Assembly: GCA_965222075.1 (NCBI GenBank) | Contig: OZ244937.1 | Location: 3,040,001-3,104,000, forward strand | DNA length: 64,000 bases | Direction: 5' to 3' | Source: Candidatus Latescibacterota bacterium | GTDB lineage: Bacteria > Latescibacterota > UBA2968 > GCA-2709665 | Shown: piece by piece, positions 46,591-55,431 of the stretch | Position numbering within the stretch: position 1 is the first letter of the stretch | How the letters are laid out: the number at the start of each line of letters is the position of its first letter | The notes under the pieces: model-generated | The model's input: only the letters and a program-made list of their open reading frames with translations | Database searches by the model: none | Told to the model about the DNA's origin: nothing | Program-made: the position numbers and the translations under genes

Positions 46591-47511
46591 TCAGATCGGA
46601 TACCGCTCCCGGCCCAAAGCCTGTGCCATTGCGCGGATAATCTCGGGGCCCGCCCCGCAGCAACCGGCGATATATTCGATGCCCTCTTCTCTTGCCTTGA
46701 GCGCGTAGTGGGCCATCTCAGCGCCAGGGATGATCATGGACTCGTGCATCTGCCGGTACCCGGGCACCCGCCTCTGGAAGCCGCCCGGCATAAAGACCAT
46801 GGGCGCATCCACCGCGTTTCGCATCTCTAAGACGAGGGGAAACATCACGCCCGGTTCAATGCCGCAGTTCATCCCGACGATATCGGCGCCGTGGTCGACC
46901 ATGAAGCGCGCGCACTCCGCGGGAGGGGCGGTTTCCACCCGGTCCCACCTGACGGTCCGCTCCAGCCAGACCGTGCCGGTCATGCAGGCCACCACCGGCA
47001 GATCGGTCTTTTTACAGCATTCCAACACCAGCTTTATCTCCCCCAGTCGGTGGAATGCCTCGCAGATGAGGAAATCCACGCCCTCGTCGGCCATAATCTC
47101 GATCTGCTGGTCCCATTCGGCCTGCGCCCGGGCGCACGGATCCGGGTCGTCCAGGTCGATCTGATTGGGAGGATAGGCCGCCTGGCAGAGCGAGCCGGCC
47201 ACGAAAGCCTCGCCCTCGGCAGCCTCCTTCGCCATCCGAATCGCCGTGCGGTTCACCTCCTCCACGCGGGAAGCCCAGCCCTTTTTCCCTCGGGCGTCCA
47301 GGTAACTGCCCGTGGACCACCAGGTAAGCGCCTGCAGCACCTGCGCGCCCGCCCGGAAGAAGTCGGCGTGGATCTGGTTCAGAACTTCCGGAAATTCCAC
47401 CGTAATCCTTGGTGTGCTGTAGCCGCGGAACCCCGCTTCCGAGAGCATTCCGCCGTCACCTAAAACGAAGTCTTCTTTTACCCTGGCCAGAATATTTTTC
47501 TTATCCTCCAT
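46591..47511 (-). CDS. Homocysteine S-methyltransferase (BHMT-like) family protein
   Basis: LGDGGM, H.DFFRAGA, GVDFLICE, VGMNCG and IAGCCG Zn motifs. Confidence 0.88.
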   Translation of the reverse strand: MEDKKNILARVKEDFVLGDGGMLSEAGFRGYSTPRITVEFPEVLNQIHADFFRAGAQVLQALTWWSTGSYLDARGKKGWASRVEEVNRTAIRMAKEAAEGEAFVAGSLCQAAYPPNQIDLDDPDPCARAQAEWDQQIEIMADEGVDFLICEAFHRLGEIKLVLECCKKTDLPVVACMTGTVWLERTVRWDRVETAPPAECARFMVDHGADIVGMNCGIEPGVMFPLVLEMRNAVDAPMVFMPGGFQRRVPGYRQMHESMIIPGAEMAHYALKAREEGIEYIAGCCGAGPEIIRAMAQALGRERYPI

Positions 47512-47560
47512 TCCTTACCCTTCCCCTTTTGGACCGTCCACAGCGCCTATGGCCCCGCGT

Positions 47561-47604
47561 AAAAAAAGGCGATCAGCCGCGACCTTCCGTCGCGGCTGAT
47601 CGCC
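47561..47604 (-). terminator. Rho-independent terminator after porV-like gene
   Basis: AGGCGATCAGCCGCGAC-loop-GTCGCGGCTGATCGCCT long stem followed by a T-run on the minus strand. Confidence 0.85.
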
Positions 47605-47660
47605 TGTCCCCTCTTAACCCCCCCCATCCTCCAACTCCTTTATTCAATACAACAGCCGTC

Positions 47661-48665
47661 TCAGAACGTTCCCCCCAGCGTTACCCGGACCGGCGCGTTG
47701 AAATAGGCGCCCATATCCGTATAGGAAACATCTAAGGTAATCGTCCGGTCTCCGGCAACCGTGTAGTTCAGCCCCGCCCCCGCGCTGAAGCTGTCCGTAT
47801 CGTAGTTGAACTTGTAGCCCGCCCGCAGCGCAAAGATATTCTGAAACCACATCTCTGCCCCCACGTGGGCGCGAAGCTCGTAGTCCGTCGCAAACACAGA
47901 CTCCGCCGACAGCGTCAAATAACTGGGACCGCCCTTCTCTCCCATCGCCTCCATCGCCGCGGCCACATTGTAATTGATGGGCATAATAAACTTGCTGTCC
48001 CTGGACGTCTTATCCGGACCAAAGTGCTTCATGGCCATGCCCAGGCGCAGGCTCCTGAAGCCCGTGTGGAAATGTGTCCCCACGTCGATGCTGACAGAAC
48101 TCAGACTTTCGGTGAACAGCGTCTGGTTGATCCAGGACACCCGCGCGGCGAAGGAAAATTTGTCCGTCATCTTCAACGCGTAGACCAGGCCGACCGACAG
48201 ATCTCCGGCGTTCACCATCTCACCCGTGCCCTGCGGCTGAAAGATCGTCGTTTCCTCCATCTCCGGCGGCCGGTAGGCGACCACGCTGAGACCCAGCACC
48301 CCGCCCCGGGCCGTGCCCGTATTCCAGGCAGCCGCTCCGGAAAAGACGTGGGAGTCCGCCAGCCACCTCGTATACGACGCCGTCCAGGCCGTCCCCCGGA
48401 TGGCCGTCAGCCCCGCCGGGTTCCAGAAGATCGCGTTGATATCGTCCACCACGGCCGTATACGCGTCCCCCATCCCCACGGCCCGTGCGCCCTGGCTGAT
48501 TTTCAGAAATTGAAAACCCCCTAAGCCCACGAACGTGTGCGCGTCGGTCCGCCGCTCTGCAGTAGGGACGTCTTGAGCCGTTGCCGTGTATTGCGCCTCG
48601 CTCACGGACGACAGGAACAGAGCCCCCATCGCCACAGGCAGAAAGCCAAGAATCCACCGTTTCAT
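47661..48665 (-). CDS. PorV/PorQ-family outer-membrane beta-barrel
   Basis: Signal peptide; FLKI..GARA.GMG.AY.A..DD..AIFWNPAGL signature; ALRAGY; C-terminal F. Confidence 0.88.
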   Translation of the reverse strand: MKRWILGFLPVAMGALFLSSVSEAQYTATAQDVPTAERRTDAHTFVGLGGFQFLKISQGARAVGMGDAYTAVVDDINAIFWNPAGLTAIRGTAWTASYTRWLADSHVFSGAAAWNTGTARGGVLGLSVVAYRPPEMEETTIFQPQGTGEMVNAGDLSVGLVYALKMTDKFSFAARVSWINQTLFTESLSSVSIDVGTHFHTGFRSLRLGMAMKHFGPDKTSRDSKFIMPINYNVAAAMEAMGEKGGPSYLTLSAESVFATDYELRAHVGAEMWFQNIFALRAGYKFNYDTDSFSAGAGLNYTVAGDRTITLDVSYTDMGAYFNAPVRVTLGGTF

Positions 48666-48681
48666 CAGGTCTTCTCCTTAT

Positions 48682-51051
48682 CTACTTGATGACCATGAGG
48701 GCGCCCCTCTGGAGCTGGCCGAAATTGGGACCCGGAACGAGATTCTCCACCACCCAGATGTACACGCCTGTGGCAATCACGCCGTTCTGAGTCCACAGGT
48801 CCTGGCTATAATCATGCTCCGCTTTGGTCGACGCATCGTGAACCACGTCTGAAGCCAAATCTCCGGATGTGGTAAACACCCGGATGCGGCACTTCGACGG
48901 GATGCCCACAAAGCGAATCTTACTGGAGCCCGGATACGCATGCGCCTCATCCAGAATAAATGGATTGGGCACGGTGCGTATCTTGACGGCCATCGCCTCG
49001 GTCTGCGTGCTCGGCACGGCAAAGGGAGACTCATCGGCCCTCGTCCGCTGCGTCGATGCAGAATAGCCACCCTCCTGGCCTACCTGCACGTGACTTATGA
49101 CATGGCCCGGCAAGTCCGCCATCGAAAGCGGGTGCATGGCCGCATCGCTGGTGCCCGAAGACCAGGTCGAGTGGGGCTTGGCATACCCCCGAACGCTATA
49201 GTGGTAGAAGAACCCGGCTGCCGATCTTACATCGGTGAACCGGTAAAGCCCACCCTCCCGGCTCACCGTATAATTCGGCGCCTCCGTGCCCGTCGTTCCC
49301 GCCGGAATGTCCGCCACCAGCTCCCAGGGCCCCATGTCGAACCAGGTGGAGCGATACACCCGGTATCCCGCAATATCGGCCGAACCGAAGTCGGGGTGCG
49401 CCGAACGCTCGATCTCCGCAGGCCAGTCGACCGTCATCTGCGCAACGCCATTGCTGCCCGTCCGGAAATTCACGTCCGGCGGTGCGTCCGGAATGTCAAA
49501 GCCGTTGTCGTAGGCAAACTGTGCGGCCTCAAGGTTCTGCTTCATCGCATCCAGGCCCCTGGACAGTTCATTCTGATTGCCCTTCTGCGCCCACGTAAAC
49601 GCGTCCGTATTCCCCAGCATCTGTCCAGGGTGGCCGGCCAGATACGCCACCACGATCTTCGTCTTCTCGCCCGGTCCCAGATCGTACGGTCCGAACAGCA
49701 TCATGCTGAATTGCCCGCTCGGGTGGTCCGTGTCCGGCTCGAACCGCCGGCCGGTCCCCACGATCTCGGAGTGAATCGAAGCCGCCGTCCGAACGGCCAG
49801 AAAGGGATCCTCCTGCACGTTCGTATCGAACACCTCCCAGTAGTGCAGGGCGTATGGCTGATCCCCCTCCGGATCCACATATCCCTGGTCCCGGGCGTTG
49901 AAGGCATGGGGACCGGACTGGTTCGTAAACGCGATCGGCGCCACGCCCACGTGCGCCATCGACAGCAGCATATCCTCCGTCTGGCCGATCTTACCCCCCA
50001 CTGCCAGGGTTCCGGCCGCGAAGGCGTCTTTGTATGGGTCGCCCGTATCGTCCCAGGGCGCTACCAGGGGCTCGTCGCCGTCCCAGGTGTAAAGCAGCTT
50101 GAGACTCGGGTCGTACTGGTACCAGTCGTCCATGCCCCGGGCGTGCTCCCGCCACCAGTACTGATAGAGGTAGTGCTGCCCCGCGGCGCTCAGGCTGATC
50201 CGATCCATGAACCCGACAAAGAGGTCGCTCTGAGGGATTTCCGGCAGGTCCCGCTCCCCGTCCCCGTCCGTATCTCCGGTGTTCTCGATCACGTACTCGT
50301 CGATGAAAAAATCGTCGAAGTCCGGGTGGCTCCACCCTGAGATCCGCTCCGTAAAAGTCAGTCCCTGGGAAGTCGTCCACTTCGTGACAATGATCTCTTC
50401 GGGCCATTCGTCGAAGCTCTGGTACTCCCCCAGGTTGAAATTGTTGATGTGGATCGGCTGCCTGGAGAAAGCCTGCGCGTTGCGCTCATCTTCGATCAGC
50501 GTGGACCCGGGCCACCAGTTTCCGCCCAGGCTCGTCTCTACCACCCCATCGGCATCGCCCGCTCCATAGCCCATTTTCACCGTCGGTCGACGCTGCAGGT
50601 GGATCTCCTTCCCCAGCTTCGACAGGTCCGGATCGGCGCTGACGTCATACTGCATGGCCCGGATGTGCTCGGCCTGGGCGTCGAACCTGGGGCCCGTATA
50701 GACCACACCCCCGTCCCCCGACAGCGTCCATACGCCGTGCCCGTAGCGCACCATAAACCGTGAGGCCTCCCGGTTCTGGCTGCTCGCGGCCTGGAGCCGG
50801 GTATCTCCATAGCTGCCGGGTCCACGGGCACCGGACGGATATTCCATATATTGAGACGTACTCTGATCCACGAAATACCACCCGCCGTGAATCCCGGCAT
50901 TGTTTGCCCGGACCGACAGCATCGGGCGGTCCAGGTACTCCTTAAGGGCCTCCTGCTGGGCCCAGAGGCCGGGAACGCAGGCCAACAGACAAAACACAGC
51001 CCATGCAGCCTGCCATGCCCACTTCCAATGCTTAAGTCTCAGCCCATCCAT
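48682..51051 (-). CDS. Large secreted protein with FN3-like domain and T9SS type-A-like C-terminal sorting domain
   Basis: Signal peptide; PDAPP..W...GYRVYRS...FTD..Y.Y.V; C-terminal VPNPF..IRF..IP....IRVFT.SGDL...GVY.W....G.LMVIK; GAGGAGG RBS. Confidence 0.75.
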   Translation of the reverse strand: MDGLRLKHWKWAWQAAWAVFCLLACVPGLWAQQEALKEYLDRPMLSVRANNAGIHGGWYFVDQSTSQYMEYPSGARGPGSYGDTRLQAASSQNREASRFMVRYGHGVWTLSGDGGVVYTGPRFDAQAEHIRAMQYDVSADPDLSKLGKEIHLQRRPTVKMGYGAGDADGVVETSLGGNWWPGSTLIEDERNAQAFSRQPIHINNFNLGEYQSFDEWPEEIIVTKWTTSQGLTFTERISGWSHPDFDDFFIDEYVIENTGDTDGDGERDLPEIPQSDLFVGFMDRISLSAAGQHYLYQYWWREHARGMDDWYQYDPSLKLLYTWDGDEPLVAPWDDTGDPYKDAFAAGTLAVGGKIGQTEDMLLSMAHVGVAPIAFTNQSGPHAFNARDQGYVDPEGDQPYALHYWEVFDTNVQEDPFLAVRTAASIHSEIVGTGRRFEPDTDHPSGQFSMMLFGPYDLGPGEKTKIVVAYLAGHPGQMLGNTDAFTWAQKGNQNELSRGLDAMKQNLEAAQFAYDNGFDIPDAPPDVNFRTGSNGVAQMTVDWPAEIERSAHPDFGSADIAGYRVYRSTWFDMGPWELVADIPAGTTGTEAPNYTVSREGGLYRFTDVRSAAGFFYHYSVRGYAKPHSTWSSGTSDAAMHPLSMADLPGHVISHVQVGQEGGYSASTQRTRADESPFAVPSTQTEAMAVKIRTVPNPFILDEAHAYPGSSKIRFVGIPSKCRIRVFTTSGDLASDVVHDASTKAEHDYSQDLWTQNGVIATGVYIWVVENLVPGPNFGQLQRGALMVIK

Positions 51052-51134
51052 ACAAACCTCCTCCTCTACTCCACGTTTGGAGGATCCTGGGAAAGAGCCG
51101 CGCAAATTGGTTAGGCGCGGCCCCGATTGCATGT

Positions 51135-54100
51135 CTAAAAGATCACCCGGATGCCGAAATGGGTCTGCCGGGGCTCATAAACCTTACTCGCCTCGGTCAG
51201 ATCACCGTAATTCAGCAGATTCTTGTCGTCCGGATTGGGGTCCGTCAGCCCGAACCGCATATAGTTTACGCCCCTGCTGTTCGTGGCATTGTCCTCGTCG
51301 TCGGCCTGGTTGAACAGGTTGCGCGCCTCAACGAAGAACGACGGGCGCACCCGACCTTTTGTGTTGAACGTCTTCTCCACACTCAGGTCCACGCGCGTGT
51401 TGATCGGTCCTTTGCCGACCTTCTGCTGGCCCCCCGTTGGCCTCCAGGTGAACCGGCGCCCCGTCCGGAGCCGCCAGAGCATATTCGCCTGCAAATCGCT
51501 AACCAGCCAGCTCGTCACCCTGGGTCCGAGCTGCACATTGGAAGGCGTATTCAGGACGAACTGTACGTTGGCCTGCCCGATACGGCCGCCCACCTTCTCC
51601 CCACCCCTCCCTCCCAGAGGGCCGCGGGCCGTACCGGCGTGGTTCCGGTAGTCCGTATAGAACTCGCGGTCTCCCACATCGCCGAACCGCCCAACGTACC
51701 AGAAGTCCCTGCCGTTGGGCGCCGGGGCTTCGTTCTTCGGCCACGACTGCGTCAAAAACCGATCCGGATCCACAGCGCTTCGTACGACCCTCGCTGCGTC
51801 TGCCGAAAACTCCACTTTCTCCGCCTCTGTCAGCGGCACCGGCGTCTCGGACCCATCCGCGTTGGGTGTGAAGGCGTACCAGAACTCGGGGCTGGTTATG
51901 AAGCTCACGCCCGGATAAAGTCTCTGGCCGGCCTGACCGAGGCCCATCCGGCCGTTGGCCGTCCACATTGACGCCCATCCCGCCCGGAACGAAAAATAGG
52001 TGCTCAACCGCTTGCCCACCGAAACCTCGAACCCCTTGGCATAACCGCCCACCCCATTGGTGGTCTCACGCACATACCGCCGGCCGCGCTTCGGGCCTTC
52101 CCAGCGCTGGTTGGACTGATAGGTGTGCTGCTGCGTCTCAGAGCGGTAGAACACCACCATTCCCGCCGTGTAGTCCGCCACGAAATTCCAGTCCGCGCCC
52201 ACCTCGAACGTCAGCGTCTCCTCCGGACGCGCCCTCGTCCAGCCGTCCAGGCCGCTGTACTTGGTCTCTGTCGCGTTGAGAAATTCCGTGCTGTCCATCT
52301 CACCATTCCCGTTCACGTCCCGCCAGGGAAGCCCGTTGGAGGCGATACTGCCGTAATTTCGGTACGACTTGGAGTAGATATTGAACAGATCCGGCCACTG
52401 GATAAATCGACCCAGCGAAAAGTGGATCTTCATCCGGTCCGTCACCGGGTGAGAAATCCCCAGCCGCGGGCTGAACACCACCTGCGTCGGGGCCTTGTCA
52501 ACCAGCCCCCCGCTCACATCCACACCGGACGCGGAGCCCTCCCCGTAGAGAAAATGACGGTTGGTGAAAGTCCGCCACATCGGCGCGTAATTGACCGCTG
52601 CGTCTATGGGCTCCTCGTGCCGGTGGATCTGGAAGTCCACCCGCACCCCCAGGTTCACGATCAACCCCTGAAACTCCATCTTGTCCTGGACATAGTAAGC
52701 TGCCCGGATCGGGTGCGCCGGGCTCTTCAGTGCCCAGGGTTTGTCTCCCCCCGAGTAGTGGTGGAGCCACACCTCCGACTTGCTCCGCATCAGCCAGAAG
52801 ATATACCACGCATCGTAACGGATCAACTCAATGCCCGTCTTGATAAAATGACCTCTGCTAATCTGGCTGGCCAGGTCGACCTTGAAACTCCAGCGCTTCC
52901 GGTCGGAGTTCACCCACGACCCGATCTGTCCGTCGAGGTTGAACCACCCGTCCCTGTCCCGCCGCGGATTCGCCGTCACCAGGTGCGCGTTGAGCGTGTC
53001 CTGAAGCGTCGCGCTGCGCCCGAAGCGGACCTCGTAGAAGGTCTTGGGTGAGAGGGTATGCGTAAAGGTCACATACCCAAGGTTGTCGGTATGCCGGTAC
53101 TGCCCCGTGTAGCTCCAGTTGGTCGGCAGGAAGATATTGCGCCCGTTACCCGACATCCCCCGGCCCGTGCCGCCCAGACGCCGGGTGGTCTCCATATTCC
53201 ACGCCGTGTACCGATGCAGGATCATGCCCGCCTTCACCTTGATATTATCCGCCGGCCTCAACGTCAGGCTCGCCGACCCCTGGATGTTGTTGGGCGCATT
53301 GATATACCCCCCCCGGTCGTCGTAAAACCCGTGGCTTTCCGGCGAGGGAATGCGTGCCGCCCGGTGCGCGTGCCTGGCCGAGACCAAAAACGATGCCTTC
53401 GGCCCGATCGGACCGGTCAGGCTGCCCTCTGCCGTATACCCGGACCAGCCCGTGTAATTCTCCCGCACGTGGATAATCCGGCCCGTCTTCGAATCCGTCT
53501 CCGCCAGCCACTCCGGGTCGTCCCATCTCATGTGGTCCAGGTGAATGGGTGAATCGTAGACATTCGACCCCCAGTGCTTCTTCCCCGCCGGCTCGAAATT
53601 GACCTCCGTCCACCCGTGGTAGTCTCGTCCCCCGTCCTGCGTCACGATGCTGATCGTGCCCGCCTGCGCGTCCCCGTACTCCGCCGGCATCACACCCGTC
53701 TCGATCGAGATCTGCTGTACCGCGCTCTTGTTCACACCGGCAAACAAGACCGCGCCGTGCCCGTCTTTGCCCGTCACCCGTACCCCGTCGATGAGCACCA
53801 CCGCGTCCGTACCTCTATCGCTGGACGTCTGCCCGCGGGGTGCCCGTCCATCCGTGATATCTCCACCCCGAATAGAGAAGGTCCCCGCCTGGTCCACGCC
53901 TGGCTGCAGGGAGATGAACTCCGTCGTCGTCTTGACCACAGGAAGCTGCTTGATCTCGTCGGCCGACACCAGGTACCGGGTCGACGTCTTGTCGATCTCC
54001 ACCGGCGGGCGCTCCGCCGTCACCACGATCTCGGCCGCCTCAATCGCCTTTTCCTTCAGCGTGAAATCAATCTTGCTTGTGTAATCGACCGCAACGGTTA

Positions 54101-54380
54101 CACTCCGCTTCGTCACATTCGTATACCCCACCAGCGACGCGGTGAGGGCATACGCCTCTGGGTCCACCGACACGATCACGTAGTAGCCGTCCGCATCGGT
54201 AATCGCGCCCCGCTGCGTGCCCTCAATCACCACGCTGGCCCCCGGCAGAGGTTCGCCGTCTGCGCCGGTCACCCGCCCGACGATCTTCCCCGTCGTGCCC
54301 GCAAAGGCGCCCGTGGTGCACACAACCAGCGCTAAAACCAATATCCCGATAAAAACAAATACACGCCTGTTTTCGTTCAT
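51135..54380 (-). CDS. TonB-dependent receptor with N-terminal carboxypeptidase-regulatory-like domain
   Basis: GTTGKI.G.V...GEPLPGASV, TDADGYY, plug IRGG..IDGV, PAEYG.A..G.I.IVT, SPRLGISHP, RNLFN, C-terminal F. Confidence 0.92.
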   Translation of the reverse strand: MNENRRVFVFIGILVLALVVCTTGAFAGTTGKIVGRVTGADGEPLPGASVVIEGTQRGAITDADGYYVIVSVDPEAYALTASLVGYTNVTKRSVTVAVDYTSKIDFTLKEKAIEAAEIVVTAERPPVEIDKTSTRYLVSADEIKQLPVVKTTTEFISLQPGVDQAGTFSIRGGDITDGRAPRGQTSSDRGTDAVVLIDGVRVTGKDGHGAVLFAGVNKSAVQQISIETGVMPAEYGDAQAGTISIVTQDGGRDYHGWTEVNFEPAGKKHWGSNVYDSPIHLDHMRWDDPEWLAETDSKTGRIIHVRENYTGWSGYTAEGSLTGPIGPKASFLVSARHAHRAARIPSPESHGFYDDRGGYINAPNNIQGSASLTLRPADNIKVKAGMILHRYTAWNMETTRRLGGTGRGMSGNGRNIFLPTNWSYTGQYRHTDNLGYVTFTHTLSPKTFYEVRFGRSATLQDTLNAHLVTANPRRDRDGWFNLDGQIGSWVNSDRKRWSFKVDLASQISRGHFIKTGIELIRYDAWYIFWLMRSKSEVWLHHYSGGDKPWALKSPAHPIRAAYYVQDKMEFQGLIVNLGVRVDFQIHRHEEPIDAAVNYAPMWRTFTNRHFLYGEGSASGVDVSGGLVDKAPTQVVFSPRLGISHPVTDRMKIHFSLGRFIQWPDLFNIYSKSYRNYGSIASNGLPWRDVNGNGEMDSTEFLNATETKYSGLDGWTRARPEETLTFEVGADWNFVADYTAGMVVFYRSETQQHTYQSNQRWEGPKRGRRYVRETTNGVGGYAKGFEVSVGKRLSTYFSFRAGWASMWTANGRMGLGQAGQRLYPGVSFITSPEFWYAFTPNADGSETPVPLTEAEKVEFSADAARVVRSAVDPDRFLTQSWPKNEAPAPNGRDFWYVGRFGDVGDREFYTDYRNHAGTARGPLGGRGGEKVGGRIGQANVQFVLNTPSNVQLGPRVTSWLVSDLQANMLWRLRTGRRFTWRPTGGQQKVGKGPINTRVDLSVEKTFNTKGRVRPSFFVEARNLFNQADDEDNATNSRGVNYMRFGLTDPNPDDKNLLNYGDLTEASKVYEPRQTHFGIRVIF

Positions 54381-54499
54381 CGCTCAGTCCTCTCTATTTA
54401 TGAGAGTATAGAACCATCCGTTTGAAGCCTCCCAACAACCACCCCATATCGCTGTTGTTCCAGGCATCCCTCCTTACAGTGGGGCGGAAATGATTGTTC

Positions 54500-55201
54500 T
54501 CAGTAGTGCCGTATCGTGGTGTCAAAATGGTCTTCAACTGCCCGCCGCATCGCGACCGGATCCCGGGCCTCCAGTGTCAGAAAGATGCGTTCGTGGCTTT
54601 TGAAAAGCGCCACATCCATCACCCGGCTGCTGTCCCACCCTTCCCGAAAAGCCCCAATGGTAATCTCGAGCAGCCCCCTCCCCAGAGCCTGCATCGACGG
54701 GTTCCCCACAACGTCGTAGATCGCAAAGTGAAACGCCCAGTCGTGTGTCAAAAAATCAACCGGCTGCTCTAACGTACGCCGCATCGCTTCAACGTGTTGC
54801 CCCAGGACCGCCAGATGGTCTTCATCAATACACTCGCTCACGATCTCCACGCATCCCAGGTCCATTGCCCGTCGCAATTCAACCATATCCAGAACGGTCT
54901 TCCGGTCCACAGTGGGATGAAAGGACAGAAATTGAAAAAACGCATCCGTATCGAAAGCCCGTACCGTAATTCCGTGCTTGGGCCGGGATTCCAGAATACC
55001 CATCGCCTCCAGAATCTTGACCGCTTCTCGCACCGAAGACCGGCTCACCCCAAACCCTTCCGCCATCTCCCGTTCCGTGGGCAGCCTGTCTCCCGGCGTC
55101 AGTCCCATCTCTGAGATATGGTTCTTAATCGCCCGGATAATCCGGTGGCTCAGGTTGACTCTCTCAATGGTCCTCAACAAAAAATGGCATCCCCGGTTCA
55201 A
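54500..55201 (-). CDS. FadR/GntR family transcriptional regulator
   Basis: PGDRLPTERE.AE.FGVSRSSVREA..LE..G HTH; FCD domain D..FH..I...GN; start codon uncertain. Confidence 0.93.
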   Translation of the reverse strand: MNRGCHFLLRTIERVNLSHRIIRAIKNHISEMGLTPGDRLPTEREMAEGFGVSRSSVREAVKILEAMGILESRPKHGITVRAFDTDAFFQFLSFHPTVDRKTVLDMVELRRAMDLGCVEIVSECIDEDHLAVLGQHVEAMRRTLEQPVDFLTHDWAFHFAIYDVVGNPSMQALGRGLLEITIGAFREGWDSSRVMDVALFKSHERIFLTLEARDPVAMRRAVEDHFDTTIRHY

Positions 55202-55270
55202 TCTGCGGAAATTATAAGTTTCTACAAAACAAATACTTTCAATCTGAATTTTAACTCATAGAAAGATTTA

Positions 55271-55324
55271 TGGTATTATGGTCCGACCAATTTTAATATA
55301 TCTCCATTTCCATCCTCCTGTCAA
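55271..55324 (-). promoter_or_regulatory. Sigma70 promoter with adjacent FadR-subfamily operator
   Basis: Minus strand TTGACA-18 nt-TATATT followed by TTGGTCGGACCATAATACCA (TGGT-N3-ACCA palindrome at 55279-55289). Confidence 0.7.
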
Positions 55325-55431
55325 GCCTTTTTTTGGCGTTCCTGTTGATGCCCGCAACTCAGCTTAGCGGGATCGGGGGTTCTACGCGACCTACTTTGAA
55401 GACCTGAAACTGCTTCCATAATTCGGGACGC

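Noticed and set aside
54468-54495. Cobalamin riboswitch upstream of the TBDR (GCCCCACTGTAA-like fragment)
   Set aside because: The intergenic space is too short and the other conserved elements (GGGAA, B12 box) are absent.
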